NCBI RefSeq assembly: GCF_009914755.1
Contig: NC_060940.1
DNA length: 64,000 nt
Reading direction: 5' to 3' (one strand)
Source: the human T2T-CHM13v2.0 reference genome, Homo sapiens
Shown: one piece after another, positions 52,840 through 64,000 of the stretch
How the letters are laid out: each line of letters starts with the position of its first letter
Numbering within the stretch: the first letter of the stretch is position 1
Notes under the pieces: generated by a model
Databases searched by the model: none
What the model saw: the letters and a program-made list of their open reading frames with translations, nothing else
What the model was told of the DNA's origin: nothing
Made by a program: the position numbers and the translations under genes

Positions 52840-53176
52840 GTGAAGGAGTCCTAATGCCAACAGGGCCAGCAGGCTGGTAGACTGAGGGCTGTGGGCGTAG
52901 ACTGACACCTGATGGGGCGTGTGGATCACGAGAGCACCAGCCTAGCCCACGGCAGGCAGCCAAACTCAGGCCTCACCTAAGGAGGCAGACCAGCATGTCC
53001 GATTCTTCAGGAGAACCAGAAATCAGTGTCCTTTTGTGACAATTCTTCTGATTTATAAATGTTTGCTTAAAGGAAAAAAATAAAAAGAAAAGAAAAACTC
53101 AAAACTACTGCAGGCCAAACAAAATACATCTCCCTGGCCCAAATCCAGGCTGCAGATGGCCAGTTTGAGACCTCTG
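52840..53176. mobile_element. MER102-like hAT fossil
   Basis: caggagaaccagaaatc...tgcaggccaaacaaaatacatct...gccagtttgagacctctg terminus. Confidence 0.65.
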
Positions 53177-53264
53177 CTACGTGACTGCAGGCCAGCCAAT
53201 CACTCTGATTCTTATACTTCCCACCATTACTGTGAAACAGAGCCACTACCAGGCTTGCTGAGGT

Positions 53265-53480
53265 GGAGATTATGAGTGGGGTTCTGTTTTAGCTCCCAGC
53301 TCTGCTGCTTACTGGCTCTGAGATGGTGGCCAAGTAGTCAGTTAACCTCCCTAAGCCTCAGTCTCCTTATTTGTAAAATGAGGATAACTGGGTTATTCAT
53401 TCCTATCATGAGGACTTCATGAGAAAATATATAAAAATGTCCAGCACAAAGTTGGTGTTTTGTCAAGAGGAACTGTTGTT
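53265..53480 (+). mobile_element. MIR
   Basis: cccagctctgctgcttactggct...gcctcagtctccttatttgtaaaatgaggataa. Confidence 0.85.
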
Positions 53481-56400
53481 ACTGTTCAGTAACACGTGAA
53501 ATGTTTGGAAAACCTGAAAGGGAGTGTTGGGCATTTGACAGTTATGGGTAGTGGCACACCACCCAGAGCAGAAAACCCCTTGCCCATGGTTCTGTCATAG
53601 TGAGGGGCAACAGGGCCTGATGATGGTGGATATATTCCTAGAGTCCTGGAACTTGCCATTCAGGAAGAGCCCTGTTCCCCAGCAGCTTCCCTGTGGGGTG
53701 GTGTCAGAAGCAGGCCTAGCTGTTCTCCCACAAATCGGTCTGGACAGACTTGCAGCCTCTGGGCAGCCCCTGCCTGTTACAGAGCGCTTCCCAAGATTGA
53801 AAGGTGCTGAGAAGGCAGGGGAGAGTTTCCTGCAGCTCCTCTGGGAGAGACAGGGGATTGGGGCAGGCAATAGCTCTTGGGTGGGAGTAGGCAGGAGAAC
53901 TTTCAGTCTGAAGTTAGACAGGGAAGCCCTGTGCATTTCTGACCTCAAGAGCCCCATTGTTATTGCTTCTCATTTTGACACAGATGTCCCAGTCAAGGCC
54001 ACTCCTGTGCACAGCCCTTTGTTCTTTATGGAAAGTGCTGCCAGGCACACATACGCGTGGCTTTAGATGGCGTATACATTCTTACATGACCAGCTGAAGA
54101 GCCTTAGGGACATTTTGTGATCAGTGGGCGTCAGCAAGTCCATGTTGGAGCTGGGGACATGCAGGAGCCAGTGCAGGAAGAAAGCCTTGTTTCAGAGGGT
54201 GTGGATAGCACCACTTTAGGAAGCCCCTCAGGAATGAGAGCAACACACTTGAAATAGGACCAAATGCATCTTCAGCCTCACATGCTGTGTGAATGCCGCC
54301 TCCTTGTCAGGGAACGTGATCTGCACCAGTCAAAGAGGCAAATGCCAGGCCTTGCACTCAGGAGGTGTTGGGTAAATGTTTACTGAACTGAATTCCATTC
54401 TTGGGAGCCCTATTTGTGCCACATCTAATGCTGGAAATTATGTGTATTCTACCCCTTCTCACCATCCTTCCTGGTTTCCAACTGCCCTGTTCCATACCAG
54501 CCTGACCCACATGCATGTTGGAGCTTGAAGCTCAGTGGATACAGAAGTGTCTTGGGACAGTTGTCTCAGCATTGCTGGCCGTGGTGATAATAAGCAGATG
54601 TGACTGTGATGGTGATCCCGACAGTGTCAGAGCTCTCCCTAGACAGTCTTCATCCATGCATCCATTGTTCATTCCTTCAGTAGCCATGCGTCTGGCACTG
54701 GCCAGGGCTGAGCAGACAGTGCTGGGAGTGGTCTGCAGAAGGGGCAGGGCGGGGGTTCATGTGGTAAGGATTAAGCTAGAAAACTGGAAAGGCCTTTAAA
54801 GAGGGGTAAGAGTTTATGACTCAGGGCCAGTGTGACAACAGAAATCTTCTGATTGTTGGGACCCCTTCTTAATGTGGACATTGTTTAATGCCTTTACCCT
54901 TTTTCACAGTTGGTCAGAAGTCTTGACTCTCACCAGCCTGGTCTGCTTCCTCTGAATGTGCCTGAAGTCATCAGTATTCCTTGGATATTTAGTCTGAGGG
55001 CTGTCCATAAAGTGGAGAGCTCTTGAGAACACCCATGTTTGATAGCCACATAACCTTGGGAAAGCTCATTAACTTTCTTATTAACCAGTTTCTTCATCTT
55101 CAAAGTGGAGCTAGCACTAACACTTGCATAGCTTTGACTACAGCTGATGTCAGGAGGCAGGGGTTATTGGGAGGATTCAGTGTGGCAGTGTCCATGAAGC
55201 CCTTAGCACAGTGCCTGCACCTGAAGGGATTCAACAGAGGCTGCCGCTACTCTGTTCTCCCAGGCCCAGCTCTCGCTACTGTGGCGTGGCTAAGTGACAA
55301 TGGGCAGTGTGGGCTGTGGGCCTTTTTTCTTTTTGTCTCTACCTGAAATCCAGATGAGAGTCTGAGAGAGTGGACAGAGTCTCAGGATGGCAGCTTGAGG
55401 GGCCTGTTCTCCTTAGCCTGCTTGTCTTCAACGTGCACCAATTTTAGGCTTGATTCACACTGAAAATTCCTCAGCTGCCGGCTGCTGGGCCAGAAGCAGG
55501 CCTTTGTCTCAGAGAGACCCAGAGACCATGATGAAGGCTGAGCATACCTGCCCTCCTGCTGGCCTCTCAGACTGCAGCAGAGCCTCTACTGAGCCCGACT
55601 CTGAGAGGGAACAGCTGGGCTCTCCACAGGGTCTGCCACCCCTACAGCCAAGTATGTGCTTTGGCTTTGGCATCCAGAACACACTGCCCCACCCAAACAT
55701 CCCTAGAGAGGGGATCGATGTGGAAGCCCACAAAGTGATCTTTGTGGACTCTTTTTTTGGGGGCATGACCACGCTATCATGGTTATTAATGAGGAACTTC
55801 CATATGCTTGAGAAGGCCTGGAGTGGGAAGCCTGGGAGCCGCGGCGGGGCTATTTAAATCCACCACACAGAGAGTGGCATCCTTTCTGGGCCACGTCTAC
55901 CACCAGAAAAGGAAGACTGGCTGGGCTGGGTTTTGCTGTGTCTCTCTGTGAATGTATTTCTCTGGCAAGACATGCTGTCACCTGGAATTCTCCCCTACTC
56001 TTGTTCAAAGGCCCAACAAAGGGGTGGCGCAGAGGGAACCAGAAGGATGTGGCTCACGTCCATGTAGTCAGAGATGTTTGGGGACCTGACCCAATGCAGA
56101 CATAGCCATCTTTGTCCAGCAAAAGTTGGCGTGGCAACTGACCACTGCCGTTTCATTTGAGGAGACATGAGTTACCCTGGAGAGGAATGTGCATTCAGAC
56201 TTGCTTTTGGCAGACTTTACCATAAGCAGTCCTCTCAGAGGACATGAGAAATCATGATTTCCCTGAGGAGCCCCCATTTGGGGTGATCTGTACCTTTTGC
56301 CTTGAACTCTCCTAGGCAGGGAGCTGAGAAGGGCGTCTTTTGTCTGTTTCAGAACACTCACCTAAAATGGTCCACCATCTGGGGCAACGCTTAGGAGGCT

Positions 56401-56924
56401 CTGTGGCAAATCTCAAAGGCACGTGTGCCAAGCAGCCTGCACTGGAGAATGAGGGATTCTGTCCATGCCCCTTTGTCTCTTCAGGTTGCTGGTGGTGTAT
56501 TGGTGTCCTTCTCTGCCCAATCACATGGCAAGGAGAAGAAAAACAAGTCTTCATTTAAAAAGAACAGGAAGGGAAAAATCAAGAGCCTATGAAAAGCATT
56601 TTCCAGGCTGGCTAGGTCTGTAATGTAGAAGAGACACAAGGGAGTGAAATTCCTCATGTTTTGGGGTTAGGTGGAGTCGGGGGAGGAGTGGACAGTCCTT
56701 TGGGATCAGCTGATCCCCGAAATGCCCAAAAGAGAAAATGACCTCCAGTATGGCTTGCTTGGCTCAGCCGCTGCAAAATGGGATGGGGGCAGCTGCTGTC
56801 CTATGGTGGTGTAACCCTCAGAGCCCTCAGAACCTGTTCAGTAACCAGGCACCCCCTTTCAGATCAGCAAGTCTGTGTGACCGTCCGATGCCCTGCTGCC
56901 ATCTTTCCAAACAAACGTCCAAGG

Positions 56925-57235
56925 GCTATGCAGCTTCAATGCCGTCAAGACTCCTGACTGCTAAGAACAGAAACCTGCCCTAGAGTGACTGAAACGTGTT
57001 GTCTCATGTCACTGACTAGCCTAGGGGTACACTAGCTTCAGGCATGGCTGGATCCACATGTGTGTGATACTAACTGACAGGTGTGGATCAGGAACTCACT
57101 CAGCCCTGGGACTTAGGCTAGAAGTGGGGAGAATCCTCAAAGTGTGAGAAAGGATGGTTCCCCCAAGGAAAGTTGAGCTCCTATCTCTCAAGGAAGGGAG
57201 GAGTTGCACAGGCAGCCAGCAGATGTCCACTACAG
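56925..57235 (-). mobile_element. Old MaLR LTR (MLT1J/K-like)
   Basis: gactgctaagaacagaaacc...agcttcaggcatggctggatcca...ggatggttcccccaaggaaagttgag. Confidence 0.6.
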
Positions 57236-57499
57236 CCCTCATTTGCCATTTGCAGAGCTCAGGCTCCCTCAGGTATATTCTGCAGTGAGTCACCACCGCG
57301 CCCCACAGCAAGTCGCAAGGGAGCCAGGAGGAACCCAGATAGGAGCCCTCCCACAGGCTGTCAGAGCCCCACCTGGTCTGTTTGGATGACAGAGCCTTTT
57401 GGACTTGCCTGGTGTCAGAAAGGACAATGTCTTAGGTAACCTGGGTTTGTAAAAGCCTTGTCTGTGAGCTGTCAGCCAAAGACAGCAGCTTTTGTGGTC

Positions 57500-58030
57500 T
57501 TTTCTCTTTCCTGTGGTTCATGAGAACACATCTAGGCGCTAATGAGCAGGAACATAAATAATGAACAAACATACCGTCAACAGGAAGGCAGGAAGTTTTT
57601 TTTTTTCCCCAAAGACTGAACAAGATGAGCAAAGCTCTGCAGCCGTACTTGCGCATTCTCCACAAAATATAATTAAAAAGCTATGCAGACTGCTCCCAAT
57701 GTACAGTATTGTTTATATACTAAACATAATGTACTAATAGGAATACCTCACTTCATTATGTCAGCAGAATACGAAAGGGAGATCTAGCAGCTGCCCTTAT
57801 CAGGCAGATGGGAGACCAGAAATGTTACTTAGATCTAGGCAGTAAAATTGACATTGAACCAATTTGCCTCACTCGTGCCGCTTTTACTGTGTTTAACAAA
57901 AGCTCATGTCTGCACATAAGGCATTGTGAGGAGGACTCAGCAGCCATAAAGCTCTCTGTCATGTCTCTGCAACATAACCAGTGAATTTAACCGTTGGGTT
58001 TCAAAGAACAGTTTTGGATTTTCCTGGAAA
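57500..58030. promoter_or_regulatory. Candidate enhancer (ETS/FOX/GATA motif cluster in non-repeat DNA)
   Basis: AACAGGAAG 57579-57587, CAGGAAGT 57589-57596, inverted TGTTTA/TAAACA pair 57710-57726, CTTATC near 57796. Motifs only. Confidence 0.35.
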
Positions 58031-58369
58031 TAAGCCTACAGAGGACAGCATAAGGCAGCTGTGTGTCCTGACCCTTAGAAACCTGTGAGAACCAAGACAT
58101 CAGGGTTGAAGGAGGGGAACCCATGCCAGTGAATGAGGGAGCGAGTCTAGTTACAATCACAAGGAAAGGGCCACAGACTCCGGGCCCAAGGGGGAAGACT
58201 ATTCAGTCCGCAAGGTGGAGATGGGATTGGCAGCCAGGGCTATGAGTGGGGGATGGTGGAGAGAGATATGTCCATCTGGGGCCACTGTTTACAGGCTACC
58301 CACCTTCACAGAAAGGAGTTATATGTGGAGCCCTCATTTTAGAGCCAGAGGTCCCAAGCAATCACCTGT

Positions 58370-58645
58370 TTCATTCAGCCATTCATCCAGCATTGATTGA
58401 TCATTCGCCATGTACCAAGCTCTGCCCTGGGCACTACAGTCTGTGAACTCAGTCCTCATGGAGCTCACGTCGATATGTGGGGAAACAGATGGTATACAAA
58501 TAAAAATATACATACCAGGTGGTGATACATGTGATGAAGGAAAATAAGGAAGAATAAAGGCACAGAATAATGTAGGGAAGGGGCCGTAGTCAGACTGGTC
58601 TGAGGAGGTGACATCCGAGCAGAGCCCTGAATGCAATGAGGTATG
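58370..58645 (-). mobile_element. L2 3' fragment
   Basis: ttcattcagccattcatccagca...ctcatggagctcacgtc...ctgaggaggtgacatccgagcagag. Confidence 0.85.
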
Positions 58646-59765
58646 CAGGTCTCTATTTCAGAGCTCCTCAATCTTTTGTCCAACAAGAACCCCTTTGATT
58701 ATTTGCCCCCCATGAGTCACTATGTTTTGTGAGCTGGTGTATCCCAGAAAGGATGCATTTGGCAAAGATGTAGACGTAGACATAGACATAGATATGACCG
58801 TGACCCTTGGTCAACCTGAGAAACGGGGCAACCACAGGAAGTTGATGCAACCCAGCCCCAAAGCCAACACCTGACCTGTCCAAGAGGCTGGGCAATATAC
58901 ATAGAAAATGAGTCCAGAGTCCCAGTGGCTTGTCCAAGCTTATGCCAGCTGGTCAGCAGCAGAGCTAAGACTTAGACCCCGGGTCTCCTGAGTGATGAAA
59001 TTGGGGTGGAAGCTGCCACAGTCAGTGGCAGTATTTCCCAAACACACAGGCATGAAAAAGGCAGTGGCTGGAATCTGAGGGTGGGTCAGGAGGCCTGAGG
59101 TCTTCCCAAGAGGAGGCCGACAGAGCTGCCTTGAAGGACTTCCTCCACCACCAAGGGGGAGCCCCAGGCCAGGGCCGATGATGCAGGCCTGAGAAGGATT
59201 CTTCTGCCCTCATCACCTGGGGTTGCAGTGTTGATGGCCAATCTGCATAAGAATCTGAGTCTTATATCTCCAAAGTTCAAGTCACGATATCTGTAATCTA
59301 GGGCCAGGGGCCCCAGACCAGCAATGCTACCCAGAAGGCGAGAAGGAACAGAGCTCTAGCAGGCAGTTCTCTGAGCATTACGCTGCCGCTGCCGTGGACT
59401 GACAGCTGGCCTGTGCAGCCCCCACCTCCACCCACCCCAGCACTGTGAGCTGAGGGAAAGGGCAGGGTTCATGTTGTTTTTCAGATAATGACAGCAGAGG
59501 CTCTGCACTGGAATCACAAGTCCTGGCCTTGCCCCTGGCTCTGTCTGGTGACAATTGGCAGCTGACATCTTTGCTTCTGGCCAGAGCTACCCCTTATTAA
59601 AAATGGCATCTTTATAATAGATTTCTGCAAGTCATTGTCAACAGGACATCCTTCTTGTTTTGTACCAATCATTCCTCTGGGGGACTGATTTTGCCTGTTA
59701 CTATTATTTTAGAACTCTTTAGAATACCCTTTTATTCTATATTATTCTGATATTAGAATATCAAG

Positions 59766-59922
59766 TTTTAATATAGTATTAAAAATATAGTATTAAATAT
59801 AGTATTTTAATATAGTATTATTACTAATTAATATATTTTTATCGTATAGTATATAGTATTAATATAGTATATAGTATAGTATACTAATTATATAGTATTA
59901 ATTAATAATTAATAATTACTAA
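59766..59922. repeat. AT-rich degenerate tandem repeat built on TATAGTA
   Basis: About ten TATAGTA copies separated by A/T runs. Confidence 0.9.
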
Positions 59923-60899
59923 AGTGGTCATAATTATTTTTTAAATAAATGTTCGCATACCATACAGCTTCACCCCACAATTAAACAGCTGGATTTTTAG
60001 CTGAGTCTTCTCTTCTTTCCAAATAGCCAAGGGATCCATTTGTGCCCAAGTTATTCATCCTCACTTTGTAAGGCCTAGGTGTCACCCAGCCTCTATCTTG
60101 TCCCATCTAGGTTTTGTGGTTTTCTGCCTCCCTTGGGAGAAGCACCCTCGTGGTCAGACAAGCCCCCCAGCCCGAGCAGCTGAATCTGAAGCTGGAAAGA
60201 GCTCTCATTCGTGAGCAGCCCAAATGTCCACCGTGAGGGGTTTGGTTGAATAGCTCATGGCCCATTCAGATGATGAGACTAAGCAGCTAATAGAACCCCA
60301 GGGTCACATGGAGCCACATCAATGACTTCTTCCTGAAGTCATCTCTGGCCATGCTGGATGGAGCCTGGTGCCCCTCTTATGCATGTCCACAGCTCCTGGG
60401 CTAGACAGCAGCTCCAGAAGGCAGGCCTGGCCATGCAGGTCGGGCTCACTGCCCTGTATCCAGTGCCTGGAATGAAGAAAGCACTTCATAAACAGCTGTT
60501 AAAATGAATATACAGTTCAGTGTAGAAAACAACATGTACAGTGGGATTCCATTTTAGGGAAAATAATACTCGTGCGGACTCCCAGGTAAAAGGACTGAAA
60601 TATACCCCAACATGTGGACGGTGGTTCCCTCCAGCTGGTGGGTTGATGGCTGAAATTTTTTTCTTCTTTTTTGCTTAGCTGTGTGGGCTATAATCTATAA
60701 GTGTTCCAAGAACAGGCCTTTCAGTCAGGGCTGGAGAAGTCAGGGAAAGAGGAGGGAAAGCTGCCATTTAAAAGTGATCCACAATTAGAGCAGAACCACT
60801 GGTGGGAGGCAAGATGGTTTGGGGACGAATGTGTTTTTTTTTAACAGGTGAGCATTTGTTTTAATGTGTAGCTGAGAAAAAATTTTGAGTAGTACATTA

Positions 60900-61300
60900 G
60901 CCATAGTACTGGTCCCTGCTGCTCCTCTGGCCTCATCCCCCACTTTCCCTATCACTCACTAGGTTCAAGCCCTGCTGGTTCCTCATCATTAGAACACTAA
61001 AGGTGCCCCGGGGCCTTTGCTCTTGCTGCTCCCTCTGCCTGTTGCGTTCTTCCTCACCAATATGCAAGGCCCACTTCTTATCACTGAGGCCTCAGCTTCA
61101 TGCCACCTCATGGCTCTTAACTCTACCCTTCCCCACTAACTACTAGTTTTGTGTTTATTACTCTGTAATATTTGTTTACTTCTTTATGCTTTCCCCTATT
61201 GAGCTGTGAGTCCTTTGAAGGCAGGGCCTCTGTCTGTCCTGTTCGCCAGTCTCCTGGGTGCTGTGTGAACTGCACCTGGTACATAGCAGTCAGTTCTGTT
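60900..61300 (+). mobile_element. L2 fragment
   Basis: gggcctttgctcttgctgctccctctgcctg...ctgtgagtcctttgaaggcagggcctctgtctgtc. Confidence 0.8.
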
Positions 61301-61694
61301 AGATGAGAAGAGGAGGATGCCGTCAGTGGGGGGATTGAAGGAGGCCATAATCTCAGGGATGGCTGAGCTCTGCCAGTCAAGGAAGCAGCCTTTATGCCTG
61401 GTAAAGAGCAAAGCTTCTGACTTCCCATCAGGGGCCTCTACACTCTTGGAATTCTGGGAAATCAGAAATTAAGACCCAGAATAATTGCTTTGCAAAACAT
61501 ACACATCTTACTTCTGCCCAACCAGTGGTCCCTCTGAGCCAGTCATTCAAAACATGGATACTGTCTGGCCCCCCAGCACCACATTCAGTTGAGTCAAGGC
61601 ACTGCTGCACCAGATGGAAGGAGGGCCCGTGGCTTGGGAAACAAGACTAGTGGTCTAGCCCTGCTTTGGCACTGAATTGCCTGAGACTTTTAAA

Positions 61695-61895
61695 TAATAT
61701 TAGCAGCTGACATTTATTGGGCCCTACTGAGTGCCAGACCCTCCCCACACATTAATACTGCCAGTGACCCTGTGAAGGACAAGATCATTGTCCCCATTTT
61801 ACAGGGGAGAGACCTAGACTCAGGGAGGTTGAGAACTTGCCCACAGTCCAACTGTCAGTGAATAGGAGACTCAGGGTGTGCCCCACTCTTAACAC
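61695..61895 (-). mobile_element. MIR
   Basis: gcagctgacatttattgggccctact...tccccattttacaggggagagacctagactcagggaggtt. Confidence 0.85.
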
Positions 61896-62079
61896 GTGCT
61901 CAGTATATATATATTCATGGAGGGAATGAATAAACAAAGGAAAGAGTGGTGTTCTCTAGGGGATTTGGGCTGCTGCAGTTCCTAGAAAGCCCTCCCAGTC
62001 CCCAGCCGCCACCGTGTCCACATCGTGTGCCCTCTGGACCACTGCAGACCACTCTGCTTAGTCCTCAGTCTTGATGGTA

Positions 62080-62485
62080 TCCCCTGAGTCAGGAAGCCAG
62101 GTCCCTCCTGCAGATCCAGCACCACTGGCCACAAGACCACATTCCAGGGAAAGGAAATACAAGAGCAGAGTTAGTGGGAGCTCCAACAGGTAGAAGAAGA
62201 GGGAGGAGGGTCCAGGCGGGGCTCTCTCTCCCCGTTCCCCTGGGGTGCCTGCCCTCTGCTGAGCCCACCTCCAAGTAGGTATGCTGCCAGTGCCTGCCAG
62301 TGCCTCTCAACCAGGCGGTGTTGGTGACATTTCCCCCATTGAGTCAGCTTGCTGTTCATGCCTTCTCCTTGAGTCAATGGAAGCCTCCCTCAGGAGGGAA
62401 CGGCAGACCCGTGCCAGTGCCAGCTCCAGGGAAGCCTGCTGACTGGGGTCTCTGGCTTCCGGTCCCACCGGCCAGCACGTGAGCT
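62080..62485. promoter_or_regulatory. Candidate AP-1/TEAD/RUNX enhancer
   Basis: TGAGTCA at 62085, 62340 and 62370; ACCACA 62136 overlapping ACATTCCA 62139; CACGTG 62476. Confidence 0.4.
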
Positions 62486-62679
62486 GCCTTCATGCATTTC
62501 ACACACATTTCCCGAGCACTCTGTGGGACAAGGGGGGCTCTGGGAGGTGCGAAGGGACCACACAGCGTTGTCTCCAGGCACCGGTGCTGTTCTCTTGTCT
62601 GGATTGTCCTACCTTGTCTGTCCAGCCAGCACCTGCTCCGTGGTCACTGCTGTTTCCTGAGAGGCCGGTCCCACCCTCC

Positions 62680-62915
62680 ACCATGCACCTGTACTGTAGG
62701 TGCTCCTTCAGGTCGTATTTTCCCCTTATTCCCATTATGATTTATAGAACCATTTGTGACATTACTTCTTTCATATTGTTCTTCCCTATTAGAATGCAAG
62801 CTCCACAAGGGCAGGGATTGTGTCTGTCGCTTTTATCCCAGCCCATGATATGGTGGCTGGCACCTAGTAGGTATGCAAATAATATATGAAAAATGAATTA
62901 GGGAATCAATGAATA
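62680..62915 (+). mobile_element. L2 3' end
   Basis: tagaatgcaagctccacaagggcagggattgtgtctgt...tggcacctagtaggtatgcaaataatat. Confidence 0.85.
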
Positions 62916-64000
62916 GAGATGCTTACAGAATATACCCCTGCCCCCCACCCCTACAGGAACACCTCTAAATTATTGGGAGCTGGATCTTTTAAGACAGAAG
63001 GTAAAAACATCTTTCCATTTTGCATTTGATTAGATGTTTTTCTCACCTGGTGTCACCCATCACCTCCCCTCTCCCAGGGGAGCATCAAGGGAGGTAAGAC
63101 GCCTGTAGCACAATGGAAAGGCCTCTGGGGGTTTTGTCCCTGCTCTGCCACAAACTAAATGTGCCTGTAGGCACATCTCTTCCTCTCCATATCACAGTTT
63201 TCCATCTGGAAAATGACTATTTCTGTGTGGGCTCTAAGCAGAACCATTTATTTGGCCAGTCTTCGTGGCAAAGGAGGCAGGGAAAGGAACTCTTCATGAG
63301 AAGGGAGTGGCTTTCAGGTGGCAGCCAGCACATCCTTCAACTGGCCCTTGGCAGATGCCACTTTTTTGTTGTTAATTTTCATTTCTTGGCACTAGCCTTA
63401 TCTTACCATCTAGATTGAGAAGCTCTGGAAGGGAGGGACCAGGCCTCATAGGCTTTAAGTCGGAAGAGACCTTCCAGCAGGCTGAACCCAAATGTGTCAC
63501 TCCAGGAGATTCGTATTGATCAATGACTCTACCCCTTTTACTCAAGTATTCTCTCTAGGTCAAAATGGTCCCTAGTAGGTTAAACACGAAGTGTCTGTCT
63601 CCCATTGGAAATGACTTGTTGTTCTTCCAGATAACAAGTATACATTTTTAAACATGAAACAAAACATACAAAGAAGAAAGTTTAAAAAAATCACTGAATG
63701 CCACCACCCAAAAGTGATTATTAATACATCTTGTTACACATCCTCACATAATAACTCCCTCTCCCTCCTTCTCCCTCCATACCACACCCTACCTCCTGCC
63801 CCCACCCACAAACAGTTTTATGAAAACAGCTGCACAGGACACACACTGTAACCAGCATTTTCACTTTACCGTCCTGTCCAGATCCTGGTCTCGTAGGTTC
63901 TGTGGAGCCCCCAATTCCTGGCATGTGGCTTCTTCCCTCACTGACATCTGACAGTTGTTTGATTAAAAATGTGTCATATGAGGCCAGGCAGGTCTGTCCC

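Overview
Primate (probably human) non-coding genomic DNA. It is CpG-depleted, has no CpG island, and consists mostly of decayed interspersed repeats: many MIR and L2 copies, old L1 pieces, MaLR LTRs, hAT DNA transposons, and five dimeric Alus plus two Alu monomers, all within the first 24.6 kb. I recognise no protein-coding exon, RNA gene or pseudogene and cannot name the locus. The ORF-track peptides are chance ORFs or translations of Alu/L1 remnants. The window looks like part of a very long intron or a regulatory gene desert; by eye the + strand is T-rich, a weak hint of + strand transcription. I did not find a convincing new biological system. The best leads are hypotheses: (1) several + strand polypyrimidine-CAG|GT recursive-splice-like junctions, some with a downstream donor; (2) cryptic-exon architectures next to UG/UC repeats; (3) an 80-nt mini-intron with flanking non-coding exon candidates; (4) non-repeat islands dense in enhancer motifs; (5) nested insertions with readable target-site duplications (TSDs), a close inverted Alu pair and a 39-kb Alu-free stretch. 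Repeat subfamily names and transcription-factor motifs come from recalled consensus sequences, not a search, and boundaries of old repeats are approximate.
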